The notes under the pieces were generated by a model. The model had not been told where the DNA came from. It ran no database searches and was given only the letters and a program-made list of their open reading frames with translations. A stretch of DNA of 64,000 bases, taken from positions 9,817-73,816 of the forward strand of contig CAJUKG010000010.1 in NCBI GenBank assembly GCA_910586925.1. Direction: 5' to 3'. The number at the start of each line of letters is the position of its first letter. Position 1 is the first letter of the stretch. Shown one piece after another: positions 43,301 through 52,037 of this stretch. This DNA is from an uncultured Christensenellaceae bacterium (lineage in GTDB: Bacteria; Bacillota; Clostridia; Christensenellales; Pumilibacteraceae). A program made the translations under genes and the position numbers.

Positions 43301-46300
43301 AAAAGTTTCGCGTCGCTTCCCGCCGCAACGAGATCTATCGTAACGGGCTGACCGTCCTTGACATACTCGGCATAGCTCTTAAGCTCGAGCGACAAATCGC
43401 GGTCTTGCGTCGCTATCGTTCTTACCTCGCGAGGTTTGATCTTAACGCGAATGGTTATGAACTCGGACACTGCGCCGTGCATATCCGCTACGCGGAAAGT
43501 GACCGACGAGTACAAGCCCGCGCGGTTCATGTAATCGGTAGCCTTTATAACTATCGAAGTTACGGACTGTTCGGTTTTGCTCTCTACCGATATAGCCGAA
43601 ACGCCTTGCGGGTTGTTGATAGTAAAGCTCGTATTGTCTACGCCCTTGTACACGGACAGATGATATTCGTCGTCGCGGTCCACGTCGGTCATAAAGCCGT
43701 AATCGCCGCCGAGGTCGAATTCCTTCGTTTCGTCGTAATCGAGAGCTATTTCGTAGGTATTGGGAATGACGTTGTGGCTGTCGTCGTACGCCACTTCAAG
43801 CCCCGCGGGAAGATTATTGAGCTTCGCGGTAGGCGCGGTGGACACGACCGAAATATTGATATTGATTTCGACTTTAACGCCCAAACCGTCCTGCAACGTG
43901 ACTGTATACACCGTATTTACAACAGCTTTCGCGGTGACGGTGACGCTCATGGGTCTGCCGACGCTGCCGTCCTCGCAAAGATACATGGCACCCGTCGAAT
44001 ACGAGAACAGATCCACGTGGTTGATATCGGAGAACGTTTTGTAGTCGACGATACGCAACGTACTCGCCGCGTCGTCGCTGCCGATTATAAGCCCGCCGAG
44101 ATGTTTGCTCGCGCTGCTCTCTCCCGAAGAATCGTAGAGAAATGCGGTCGCGAGTTCCGCGGCATTCTTGTCGGGACGCTCGTGCGGCGTGCCGTTGACG
44201 TAATTGTAAACATAGCCGCTGTTGCCCTTCCACGAATTGAATCCGCCGCGCACGTCGCTGTCGAACTTACTGTGGTCTGCCGCGTACAGCGTGAAGCTGT
44301 CGCCCGTGCGCATGACGATGCTGATGGATTCGGATCCGCCGAAAGTATCGCTATTCGCAGTCGGAGCTTCGTTGTTGTACGAAACGGTAAACACTACGGA
44401 CATCGTATTGTCCCGCACACTGTCGGAGAACGTATACATTACGCTGACGGGATTCTTGAACGCGGAGTCAGCCGAGAACATTATCGTGGATTCCGACATG
44501 CCCGAATCCTCGGGAGCGGATCCTATAGTGATCGGCAATTCGCCCGTCGGGTCGATCTTTCTGAACGACGTCGGCATTACGAGGTAATCGCGGGTATACT
44601 TCTCCTCGTCCGTGAAGTTCGCATCGGATACCGAGAACGACGAGCCGTCGAGCTTGATGTCGTTATCGAGCAGCAACGACGATACGTCGATAAAGAAGTC
44701 CGCGCCGCGCGACAGCTTGAACTTGTATTCGGGCACATACGTACCGCCGACGTTTATCGTGTTGATGACGCCTTTATCGTTTTGGAACATTTTGGGGTTG
44801 ATACGAAGCTCGTCGTTGCGTATATACACTTTGAGCACCGTAACGAACCAGAACCCTTCCGTCAACGACGAGCCGTTGACCTCGTCGAAGAACAGGACGC
44901 GGAACGGATAATAAATACCGTTCTTGTCTTCTTTCAGATGATACTCGGCAAGAATGTCCTCGCGCTGTTGAGTAGTAGTGCCCTCGGGGAAAGACAGCTG
45001 CGTCTTGGCTTTGGGAGTAAACTGAATGGAGGACGATCTGCCGTCCTTGGGCGAAACGTCGAAGAACTTGTCGTAACCGGGGTTCGGCACGTACTGTTCT
45101 TTGTACTTATCCATAGAGATCGTTTCGCCGTCTACTTCCACGGTTTCGCCGTAAGATACGTCGTAGTACATCTTGAACGCCGCAGATTTCTGACCGCCGG
45201 AATTGGAATCAATGGTAATATAATCGCGTTCGTCCTTCGACATACCGCCTACTACGTTGCCTTTATCGTCTACGGTAGCCGTGGCGGACGACATGAGGAA
45301 CTTCATGACGTCGCCTTTATCGGCGTCGTCGTATGTGATATAGCAGTCGCCTGTCGGCGTGGGAACGAGGTTGCCGTTATCGTCCTCGACGGGGTTGCCG
45401 TCGCGAAGCACGAGCGTCTTGCCCTGCGTGTCGCTCGTCGTCATGGACAATCTCATCGTATCGGTACCGCTGTCTATCGGCGTTACTACTTCGGTCTCGT
45501 CGACATACTTGAGCGACGGAGCCGCATTCTTGAGAATGATATCCACCTCGGCGTATTCCACGGCACTGCCGATAAGCTGATTGTCGTTGAATGCCGTCGT
45601 TTTGAGCGCGACGGTGAGTTTGAGACGATTGCGCGCGCGCTCGCCGCCCGGTTTTTTCTCGAACGTAAGACCGTATTTATCCTCGCGGTAAATACTCTTG
45701 CCGTTGACGATACTCGTGATCGGGTTGCGGTTAAGACGGGTAGAATCGTCGGAAGTGCTGATCGTGTAACGTTTGTCGTTGAGATACTTGGTCTTATCGC
45801 TCGCGACATAGCTGCCCGTATTCGCTTTGTATCCGATGGTGATATACGGGTTATTATTGAGCGTCGCGCCCGACCAGGTATTGCCGTCTATATCCGAAAG
45901 CGTGAGGTTTTCGAACACGTAACCGAGAGTTTGGGGATTATTGCCCCAGGTAGAGTACATGGAGTCGGAAAGCACGAGGTTGTTCTTGGGATCGAGCGGA
46001 CCCGCCGTCGCGTTCGCGAACGTGACGTGCTCAACGCTCTGACTGTCCGTCGAGGTCGACGCGCGTTTCGGCATAGCGATATAACTAATAGGCACTTCGG
46101 TAACGCCGCCGCCTATGCCCGCAGCTTCTATCTCGATCGGACGGTAATAGAACGCGTTCGACGCGTCGGGATAGCACTTGTAAGTTACCTCTACTTTTTC
46201 CTTTCCTGCGACCGTGCGGGAAATGGTTTTAACGAAATACTGATACTTAAAGTCATCGGCGAACGTAGCCGATTGCAACGTAGTCTGATTTGTAGGGATG

Positions 46301-49300
46301 TCGCCCTCGAACTGATAATTTTTGTCGGTGGCGAAACCGTTATAATCGACGGCGTAAAAAGTATTGCCATTGTCGTCGGTCTTGATCGCGGTGTTGGCTT
46401 CCAGATTACCGTCGGTGCGATAATAAGTATGCATAACGGTAATACCGGGAGATTTGTATTCGTAATCGAAGTTGAGCACCAACGATGCGGACTTACCTGT
46501 CGATTTCACAGTCTTGTCGGCATTGTATACGGGGACGTCATGGTGATTGTCTTTTATGGATATCGCGATCGTGGCGGGACCGTACTGCTCCTCGCTGTTT
46601 CCGCTGTCTACGATCTCGATAGCCCAAAACTGCGTCGTCTTGACGCGTTCGTCGGCGGCTCCGAGTTCGGTAAATACCACATTGCCGTGTTCGTCCGTTT
46701 CGCGCACATAGAATATCACTCGCAAGCTCAAGTGCGTGTTGCCGCTGTTGTCGTTCACGTATGTGGGCGTGTACAAAATCGCGGCGTTCGGATAGCTCGC
46801 AAACATTGCATCGGTCGGTTTTTCGCCAACGGGCTTCACGAGCGCGGCGACCGCGCCGTTTATATTATCGCTCCACTTCAAGGGATTGAGCATTGCGTTC
46901 TCTCTGCCGTCCGTATCGGAGAACAGATACTGTATGTTCGACGCACCTGCGGCTTTAGGATTGGCGTTGTACAATTCTTCGCTGTTGTAGATATACCGCG
47001 CGACGCGAAGCTCGGCTTCATCCTCGTAACCTATCTGCCACGCATAAACGTCGTTCTCGGTATCTTTAAGCGTGAGCGAGTCTGTGACGAAAACAGGTTG
47101 CGCGTTATTCACGTGAATAAGCACGTGCAAATTATCCCATTTCGGTTGCGCGCGGAATCCGTCCTGCACGCCTACCTCGAGGTAAATGGGCACCGAGAAA
47201 ATTTCCGTGGACGAAAGTGCGGTCACCTGCACGACGTCCTCGCCGTATTCGTTCTTGGTGAACTGCGCGTGCGCATACTCGGAGAGAATGTATTTGCCGT
47301 CCGCCGCGCCGACGAATTTTCCGGTGGCTTCGTTATAATCGAGCCGATCGTAATACTCGTCGCCGATCTTGGCTACTATTCTCGCACTGCCCGCGATAAA
47401 CGTCGGGATGTCGCCGTCCTTGTCGTACGCGATCTCGCGCGTCGTGAACATATACGAGTTGCGGACTTTGGTGCCGAGTTCGGTAGTCATGATGTACGGC
47501 TCGACAATGCGCTTATCTTCCTCGTTCTCTTTGGGATGGTTTTTCTCGGTGTTGAGCATAGGCGCGGAGTTGTTGACGACTATCGTAACGAGGCAATCGG
47601 TGCTCGAGAAACCGTCCGTCACGGTGAAGCGCAACTGCACGACCGCCGAAGTGGTACGCGATACGCCGACGATCTTGATGCACGGCACCATGTATTCCGC
47701 ACCGCCCGCGACAACGCACTTATTTTCCGCCGTAGCGGCGATATAACCTGCGTACTGCTCTGCGTTCGCTCTGAAATTGTCGAGATTGGTGAACGAAAGG
47801 TTCTGCAGCTTCACGCCCGTCGCCTCGGTTGCGGGTGCGGACGGCGAAGCAGTATGCGGGATATTGTATTGGTGATTGAGGAACTGAGCAACGCTCGGGA
47901 ATTCCTCGTCGACGGGGTTGGTATTGTACTTGATCGAGCCTGCGTTCATGGCGTTCAAAACGGTATTATCGCAGTCGACGTCGAAATCGTACACCAAATC
48001 GTACGGCGTGATCTGAAGCACGTCGTTGCGCTCTATGTAATAGTTGACAGCCACGGCGTTGATGCTCGGGTTGTACATGAACACGTTTTTGGTGTCGTTG
48101 CTTTTCCTGTTCGCGTTCGCCAAATTGATTTTGTAATCGAACGTCGCGGAGTCGTCGCCCATGCCCTGATACGAACTGCGACGGGCTTGCACCGCACGGT
48201 TGTCGACTTTTATGCACACGCGCACCGTGTTCTTGGCGTCGTGCGAGTCTTTTACCTTGACGTCGAATTGGAAGTATTCCCCGTTCGTCGAACGCTTGGG
48301 CGTGATCTTAAGACCGTAGAACGCGTAGCAGTCGCCGTGTTCGCGCACGCCGAAAGACTCGAGCTGAGTCTTATTCATCGAAAGCCGAGAGAATACCGTT
48401 TTGCTCGCGTACAGCTCGATGCGTTCTACCGTGTAGAATGCCGCGGTGTCGTAAGCATTTATGATATTGTCGATGCTCGTACCGTCGAGCATGACTATAT
48501 CGTTGAGAGCGCGGGTCTTGTCGTTGCCCTCGCCCGAATATATGAACGTATCGGGGTCTATCGTAAACGGCAAAGCGTGGTCCGCGTCTTTATCCGAAGT
48601 ATATTTGTTAAGCGCGTCGTCGGGGCTGCCGATACCTCGCACAACGCCGTCGCTTCCGACATAGCTCACGGGCGTGAGAACGATGCTGCGGCGGGGCTCG
48701 TTTTGCCGCGCGTCGCTGCCGACGCCGTCGTTGGTGACGGGTGCGCCGGGAACGAACGTGTCGTTAAAGTCGAGAGTGAAGTTCGCAACCGTAGGCGTTT
48801 CGGCGGGTTTTGCCGAAGTTACGCGAATGGCTATAGGGAACCAAATGCCGTCGTCGCTCACGTCGGACGGGTCTATGACGCGCACCATAATGTAGAAGTC
48901 GCCGAGCCGTCCCGACTGACCGTACATATACTGCGTCGATGCGCGCGGGGTGAACCTGATCACTTTGTTGCTGTCGAAACTGTACGTAACGGCGGCATTC
49001 GCGGCACCCGAGCTACCCGTCGCGGCGATCAGATCTTTCTTGAATCCCGTCGCGGTTATACCCTCGCCCGACTTGGAAGAAATGTTCTCGCCCGTATCTT
49101 GAACGGACGTTCTGTTATAGTAGTTACTCGGAGTGTTGCCGATCTTGTCGCGAAGCGGCACTTCGATATTGGACGCGTCCACCTGAATATATTCGTTGGT
49201 GGGGATCTTAACGTCGCCCGCGAAGTACGCGTTAAGCGAATTGCCGTCGTCCAAATCCTTGATCATGGTCGAAATATCGAGCGTCACGGACGCGCCGCCC

Positions 49301-51378
49301 GATTCAAGCTCGATATACGGTTCCGCCATGCCTTCGACCATGGTGGACGAAGCGAAGTACGGACGGGTGTTCGCCAAGCGGAACACGAGCTGTACCGCCG
49401 AGTTCTGCGAGCCTATGACCGCTTTTGTGTTGGTTTCGCTCGTCTGCGCATATATCGTCGCACAAACGTAAACCGCGCCGTTGGGTCTGATGTTAGTCGG
49501 TTTAATCGTTATCGAAGGCGCAACGCCCGACGCATAATCAGAACTCGTGTTGTACGAAATACTGTAATATTGCGAATATTGCGAATACGCGGAAAGCGGG
49601 GTTATCGTGCGGAACCCGACTTTATCGTAATTCGTATCGAGATCGTCGAAAATGTCTTTCGCGTAAATGGTATACCCCGCCGTATCGGTAGGTGCGATAG
49701 GCTTGGGAAGGAATACCGTTTTTATATGCGAACCGTCGGTGTAATTGGGATTGTAAATACTGCCGGGCGTACCCATATAGTTGCCGCCGACATTATTGGA
49801 AGTAGCATCGCCGTAACGGTATTCGTAAGATTTACCGCCCGAAGAATATGTGTGCGTCGAGGCATCCGCCTTCGGCGTGATCGCCCTGTCGTTGACTACG
49901 AGATAGAAAAGTATCGTACTCGTACCGCGCGTCGCCGTAGCACCGAAATCATCGCGCATTTTTACGTAAAGCGGAAGTTTGCCGTTTGTCGAGGCATAAC
50001 CGTCGCCCGCACGCGGGTATTTTTTGATCTCCGTTATGCGAAGCGTGGACTTACTCTGCCAATTCCAGCTTAAATATGAACTCGCGGAAACAGTGCAACC
50101 CGAATTGAGCCACAAGCCCGCATTCGCGCTCGGCAAGGCGTCGAAATTGCCGCTCGTGCCATTGGAATAGAATACGTTATTGGTGTTGCCGCCCGAAATA
50201 TTGGTGTAATCGGGGTCGTATGCGATCGTACTCGCCGCTATGTCTATATTGCGCGACGTGCCGCGATAGTAGTTCGCGGACGAGGCGTTCTGAATTGTCG
50301 TGCCGCCGTTTCTCGCCGTCGGACCTTGGTTGACCGAAACGACCTGAATTGTCGCCTTACCGTTGCCCGATTGGGTACCGTTACTGCCACCGCCAGAAAG
50401 TCCCGATTTGATGTGACCGGAACCGCCGCCGCCGCCCGTTCTGCCGTCCGCACCCGAGCCGTTGGAGTCGCCGCCGCCACCGCCGCCGCCGTACCAGCCG
50501 CCACCGCCGCCGCCGCCTGCTTCGTAACCGCCCGAGTAGCTGGCACCGCCGTGACCGAAATAGCCGGCTTGACCTGTAACAGGACGACAGTCGGAAGCAC
50601 TTGCGCCTCTGCCTGCGCTACCGCCTTGGTTTGATTTGCCGCCGCTTGCCTGATATCCGCCGCCTGTAATATAACCGCCCGACGACGAGCCGCCGTTATT
50701 GTTCGCGCCGCCGCCGTAACCGCCCTGACCGTAAGAACCGCCATGCGCGTTTGTGGTAGAACCGCCGCCGCCGCCCGCAACGACAAGCACTTTCGCTTGG
50801 TTTGTCGTAGAGCTCAAAGCATCGAGAGTGCCCTGCGCAAGAGCCATATGCGTCGCGCCGCCGCCGCCGCCGCCGCCGTTTGCACGGTCGACACTGCCGC
50901 CGCCGTTATAGCCGCCGCTTTTTGCGCCGCTCGAACCCGACGCTCCTTGCCCGCCGACATATATGTATATATACTCGCCCGAAGTGGAAGTGACGTTATA
51001 TGTGGCATAGGTATAACCGCCTTTGCCGCCGAGACAGGAATTCACATAATACCCGCCCTGTGCGCCCCAGACTTGAAGCGTATACTGACCGCGCGGCAGT
51101 TTAATTTGGTAATAGCCGCTCGTCTTAAACGAATAGTTTATAACGTCGCCGTTCTTCAGCGCACCCGGTGCAGTTTGGTCGTTCTGAAGATTGGAGTACG
51201 TCGTACTCGTCAAAGCGTCGCCACCGCCTACTTCGTCGCGGTCGACGATCGGCGATTCGACGTTGATGCACAACGCACACACGATCGCCACCGCTATCGC
51301 GGTGAAGATCGAGGCGACAAGCACTATCACCCGTCGCAAGATATTCGTATTACCGGTTCCGTTCGTATGATTTTTCAT
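40306..51378 (-). CDS. Giant surface protein (3690 aa): N-terminal TM/signal anchor, ALK/LTK-like glycine-rich domain, many cadherin-like/Ig-like modules, C-terminal TM, Pro-rich cytoplasmic tail
   Basis: GAGGTGA RBS and ATG at 51378. N-terminal hydrophobic stretch: ILRRVIVLVASIFTAIAVAIVCALCINV. The glycine-rich domain covers aa ~78-350. At least 13 acidic loops of the cadherin/dystroglycan-type occur (YDPDYTN, DDLDTNYD, DLDDGNSL, IDPDTF, YDFDVDCDN, YDKDGDIPTF, FSDTDGRE, YDDADKGDVM, LDNDIKLDG, TDVDRDDEY, INDADVDMD, ADDNGDNY, FEDTDKDDIMTF). The C-terminal hydrophobic stretch WMWFWIIVAAILLFIILLIVIIVVVC is followed by KKRKMRRE and then 100 further residues. Confidence 0.9.
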   Translation of the reverse strand: MKNHTNGTGNTNILRRVIVLVASIFTAIAVAIVCALCINVESPIVDRDEVGGGDALTSTTYSNLQNDQTAPGALKNGDVINYSFKTSGYYQIKLPRGQYTLQVWGAQGGYYVNSCLGGKGGYTYATYNVTSTSGEYIYIYVGGQGASGSSGAKSGGYNGGGSVDRANGGGGGGGATHMALAQGTLDALSSTTNQAKVLVVAGGGGGSTTNAHGGSYGQGGYGGGANNNGGSSSGGYITGGGYQASGGKSNQGGSAGRGASASDCRPVTGQAGYFGHGGASYSGGYEAGGGGGGGWYGGGGGGGDSNGSGADGRTGGGGGSGHIKSGLSGGGSNGTQSGNGKATIQVVSVNQGPTARNGGTTIQNASSANYYRGTSRNIDIAASTIAYDPDYTNISGGNTNNVFYSNGTSGNFDALPSANAGLWLNSGCTVSASSYLSWNWQSKSTLRITEIKKYPRAGDGYASTNGKLPLYVKMRDDFGATATRGTSTILFYLVVNDRAITPKADASTHTYSSGGKSYEYRYGDATSNNVGGNYMGTPGSIYNPNYTDGSHIKTVFLPKPIAPTDTAGYTIYAKDIFDDLDTNYDKVGFRTITPLSAYSQYSQYYSISYNTSSDYASGVAPSITIKPTNIRPNGAVYVCATIYAQTSETNTKAVIGSQNSAVQLVFRLANTRPYFASSTMVEGMAEPYIELESGGASVTLDISTMIKDLDDGNSLNAYFAGDVKIPTNEYIQVDASNIEVPLRDKIGNTPSNYYNRTSVQDTGENISSKSGEGITATGFKKDLIAATGSSGAANAAVTYSFDSNKVIRFTPRASTQYMYGQSGRLGDFYIMVRVIDPSDVSDDGIWFPIAIRVTSAKPAETPTVANFTLDFNDTFVPGAPVTNDGVGSDARQNEPRRSIVLTPVSYVGSDGVVRGIGSPDDALNKYTSDKDADHALPFTIDPDTFIYSGEGNDKTRALNDIVMLDGTSIDNIINAYDTAAFYTVERIELYASKTVFSRLSMNKTQLESFGVREHGDCYAFYGLKITPKRSTNGEYFQFDVKVKDSHDAKNTVRVCIKVDNRAVQARRSSYQGMGDDSATFDYKINLANANRKSNDTKNVFMYNPSINAVAVNYYIERNDVLQITPYDLVYDFDVDCDNTVLNAMNAGSIKYNTNPVDEEFPSVAQFLNHQYNIPHTASPSAPATEATGVKLQNLSFTNLDNFRANAEQYAGYIAATAENKCVVAGGAEYMVPCIKIVGVSRTTSAVVQLRFTVTDGFSSTDCLVTIVVNNSAPMLNTEKNHPKENEEDKRIVEPYIMTTELGTKVRNSYMFTTREIAYDKDGDIPTFIAGSARIVAKIGDEYYDRLDYNEATGKFVGAADGKYILSEYAHAQFTKNEYGEDVVQVTALSSTEIFSVPIYLEVGVQDGFRAQPKWDNLHVLIHVNNAQPVFVTDSLTLKDTENDVYAWQIGYEDEAELRVARYIYNSEELYNANPKAAGASNIQYLFSDTDGRENAMLNPLKWSDNINGAVAALVKPVGEKPTDAMFASYPNAAILYTPTYVNDNSGNTHLSLRVIFYVRETDEHGNVVFTELGAADERVKTTQFWAIEIVDSGNSEEQYGPATIAISIKDNHHDVPVYNADKTVKSTGKSASLVLNFDYEYKSPGITVMHTYYRTDGNLEANTAIKTDDNGNTFYAVDYNGFATDKNYQFEGDIPTNQTTLQSATFADDFKYQYFVKTISRTVAGKEKVEVTYKCYPDASNAFYYRPIEIEAAGIGGGVTEVPISYIAMPKRASTSTDSQSVEHVTFANATAGPLDPKNNLVLSDSMYSTWGNNPQTLGYVFENLTLSDIDGNTWSGATLNNNPYITIGYKANTGSYVASDKTKYLNDKRYTISTSDDSTRLNRNPITSIVNGKSIYREDKYGLTFEKKPGGERARNRLKLTVALKTTAFNDNQLIGSAVEYAEVDIILKNAAPSLKYVDETEVVTPIDSGTDTMRLSMTTSDTQGKTLVLRDGNPVEDDNGNLVPTPTGDCYITYDDADKGDVMKFLMSSATATVDDKGNVVGGMSKDERDYITIDSNSGGQKSAAFKMYYDVSYGETVEVDGETISMDKYKEQYVPNPGYDKFFDVSPKDGRSSSIQFTPKAKTQLSFPEGTTTQQREDILAEYHLKEDKNGIYYPFRVLFFDEVNGSSLTEGFWFVTVLKVYIRNDELRINPKMFQNDKGVINTINVGGTYVPEYKFKLSRGADFFIDVSSLLLDNDIKLDGSSFSVSDANFTDEEKYTRDYLVMPTSFRKIDPTGELPITIGSAPEDSGMSESTIMFSADSAFKNPVSVMYTFSDSVRDNTMSVVFTVSYNNEAPTANSDTFGGSESISIVMRTGDSFTLYAADHSKFDSDVRGGFNSWKGNSGYVYNYVNGTPHERPDKNAAELATAFLYDSSGESSASKHLGGLIIGSDDAASTLRIVDYKTFSDINHVDLFSYSTGAMYLCEDGSVGRPMSVTVTAKAVVNTVYTVTLQDGLGVKVEININISVVSTAPTAKLNNLPAGLEVAYDDSHNVIPNTYEIALDYDETKEFDLGGDYGFMTDVDRDDEYHLSVYKGVDNTSFTINNPQGVSAISVESKTEQSVTSIVIKATDYMNRAGLYSSVTFRVADMHGAVSEFITIRVKIKPREVRTIATQDRDLSLELKSYAEYVKDGQPVTIDLVAAGSDAKLFSDSDVAAPSAKYDVNVYALLVKRGENNFEPIRHTSDDFDRDSCLLVSVEGSSIQPGYGEVATYVSRFFSVSLSADGKTLEFIPNSATISPEKNNAALANIQLYIELVKDYRDENDRPMDMKTAFANVSVANSALVAVAESPFNSGYPRVPSGEEGEMRLRESSFLRFTGTAGDSLTWNLYDTQDSELGLFYDYDLIRNPSTSGGLESINYVRAEFRGINETVKGKGDVLSVTPSGDGKSITIKINRKVFTGNPDPNGNEVSYTDVSVDIYCADTIGVRSGISNNKNLVKTTITVRVENDIPELKTVTDSSDILRLGYSLTYTDDTGYVLNATVERGSKLNVRIADIINDADVDMDKYVLLNTATETSLIMSDGNLMGSVDEMGNSSKVGKLKNGNGVTLFNIETSDTSNAYGLTTLDKIMFTCVSTLRGEVGTCQLRLRDSVRGAVTDILTINVTVDNIAPKLKPGIDTHITLMGLGKDATEEDVGNAVKTFSILDFIADDNGDNYRADDPQYAERTPTYAFIDSILVYDRHEEGEDAPIMYGPNLMHTDEEGNTEYTSDTLCYIDWKADNAQHQLFTVTQVAGLYGFQKVTLTIVDSGYEDGSAAGIQDGKVFELNLYITVADPLEDVADELEPISIAYGVTRTVTTEDLLGDKARGYTIKSITEVTDGGNPQLSVFAPGSTQALTSASGADIDEWRIYARTEGASVKLEVEFAAGSVSVKRILPITVSVNTPPKYKKDAGGEKTVYEYTVNMLTDPVNRTLKVYPEDWFEDTDKDDIMTFLTPVVTSQSVIVEALLDYDTAADGGRAFILLKFNRRGSSDISLKVSDSSGRSYDMTITVMCHDAPEQSWFESTISLIEANWMWFWIIVAAILLFIILLIVIIVVVCKKRKMRREIESLLNAEIELEEEMMRLGSGGSAPYQSFGYLPPMQQTVNDPGLMLGGSANNPTPNSLQLNAGSGSTPPPQQGNVPPAQPTAPNGGNPPPASPDGFNPDEF

Positions 51379-51403
51379 ACTTCACCTCGTAAAAACAGTC
51401 GTT

Positions 51404-51472
51404 TGTTAACAATTTGTTCACATTTACGTGTGTATACAGGATAATGTTAACATATTGTTCATATTTTGTCAA
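51404..51472 (-). promoter_or_regulatory. Putative promoter and repeated GAACAAwwTGTTAACA element of the giant gene
   Basis: Minus strand: TTGACA (51472..51467), 17 nt spacer, TAACAT (51449..51444). The 16-nt direct repeat is GAACAATATGTTAACA (51460..51445) and GAACAAATTGTTAACA (51419..51404); the second contains the palindrome TTGTTAACAA. Confidence 0.35.
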
Positions 51473-51575
51473 TACTTTTTGCATATTTTTTGAAAAGTTA
51501 TATGCGCTTAATAGTATAAATCGCGAGATAAACACGGCAAAACCGCGACTATATTATAAAACCGCAACAAACCGC

Positions 51576-51604
51576 TTGACAAACCCGCCCCGTTACTGTA
51601 TACT
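51576..51604 (+). promoter_or_regulatory. Promoter of tRNA-Leu
   Basis: TTGACA (51576..51581), 17 nt spacer, TATACT (51599..51604). It lies 20 nt upstream of the tRNA 5' end. Confidence 0.6.
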
Positions 51605-51623
51605 CTATAATGTTGTTGCGCGT

Positions 51624-51708
51624 GCGGGGGTGGCGAAATTGGCAGACGCGCAGGTCTCAGAAGCCTGTGGGTAACACCGTACGAGTTCAAGTCTCGTCCT
51701 CCGCACCA
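51624..51708 (+). tRNA. tRNA-Leu (anticodon CAG), CCA encoded
   Basis: Hand-folded. The acceptor stem is GCGGGGG/CCTCCGC (one G-T pair). The D stem is GCG/CGC with a GG loop. The anticodon stem is CAGGT/GCCTG with loop CT-CAG-AA. There is a long variable arm (class II). The T arm is ACGAG-TTCAAGT-CTCGT, followed by discriminator A and CCA. Confidence 0.9.
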
Positions 51709-51712
51709 TAAA

Positions 51713-51746
51713 ACCGACAAGCACAAAAAATGCCTGTCGGTTTTTA
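51713..51746 (+). terminator. Terminator after tRNA-Leu
   Basis: ACCGACA(aGCA-caaaaaa-TGCc)TGTCGGT followed by TTTTATT. Confidence 0.65.
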
Positions 51747-51770
51747 TTATGAGAAAAGACAAAATAAAAT

Positions 51771-52030
51771 GAGATCTCTCCGCTCCGTTCGCTTGCGCTC
51801 ACTGCGGTCGAGATGACAGGGTTATTTATGTTTATTATGCGGCACGTCGGGGACGCCGTGCCCTACAATGCGTTGCTTTTCTCTTTCGTATGCTGTAATT
51901 ATACTATCGCGTCGTCCCTCGAAGGGGAGGCAAATTTAATGAATAATGAAAAACGGGCAACGCATTATTGCCGTAACGAATTTTCGGACATTATGTAGGG
52001 GACGCAGCCCACTGCGTCCCTCATGCGTCC
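51771..52030. repeat. Cluster of REP/MITE-like hairpin repeats, copy C
   Basis: gagatctctccgctccgttcgcttgcgctcactgcggtcgagatgac (51771..51817). CCCTACAATG (51861) with CATTATGTAGGG (51989..52000). Perfect hairpin GGGACGCAG-ccca-CTGCGTCCC (51999..52020). It shares words with 12679..12720 and 26815..26896. Confidence 0.5.
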
Positions 52031-52037
52031 CGCATTA

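Noticed and set aside
40399-50073. A 3224-aa ORF on the plus strand, the longest plus-strand ORF in the window
   Set aside because: It is the codon-aligned antisense frame of the giant gene. Its translation is Arg/Val/His/Gly-rich low complexity (RRRR and HRHR runs) with no recognisable motifs, RBS or promoter. The minus-strand product has TM helices, repeated domains and sensible composition. The open antisense frame is explained by the scarcity of TTA/CTA/TCA codons in this GC3-rich genome.
51813-51998. A 61-aa ORF (and similar ORFs at 12567..12911 and 26648..26860) in intergenic regions
   Set aside because: They lie entirely within REP-like repeats and hairpins and have no RBS. The peptides are typical translations of such repeats.
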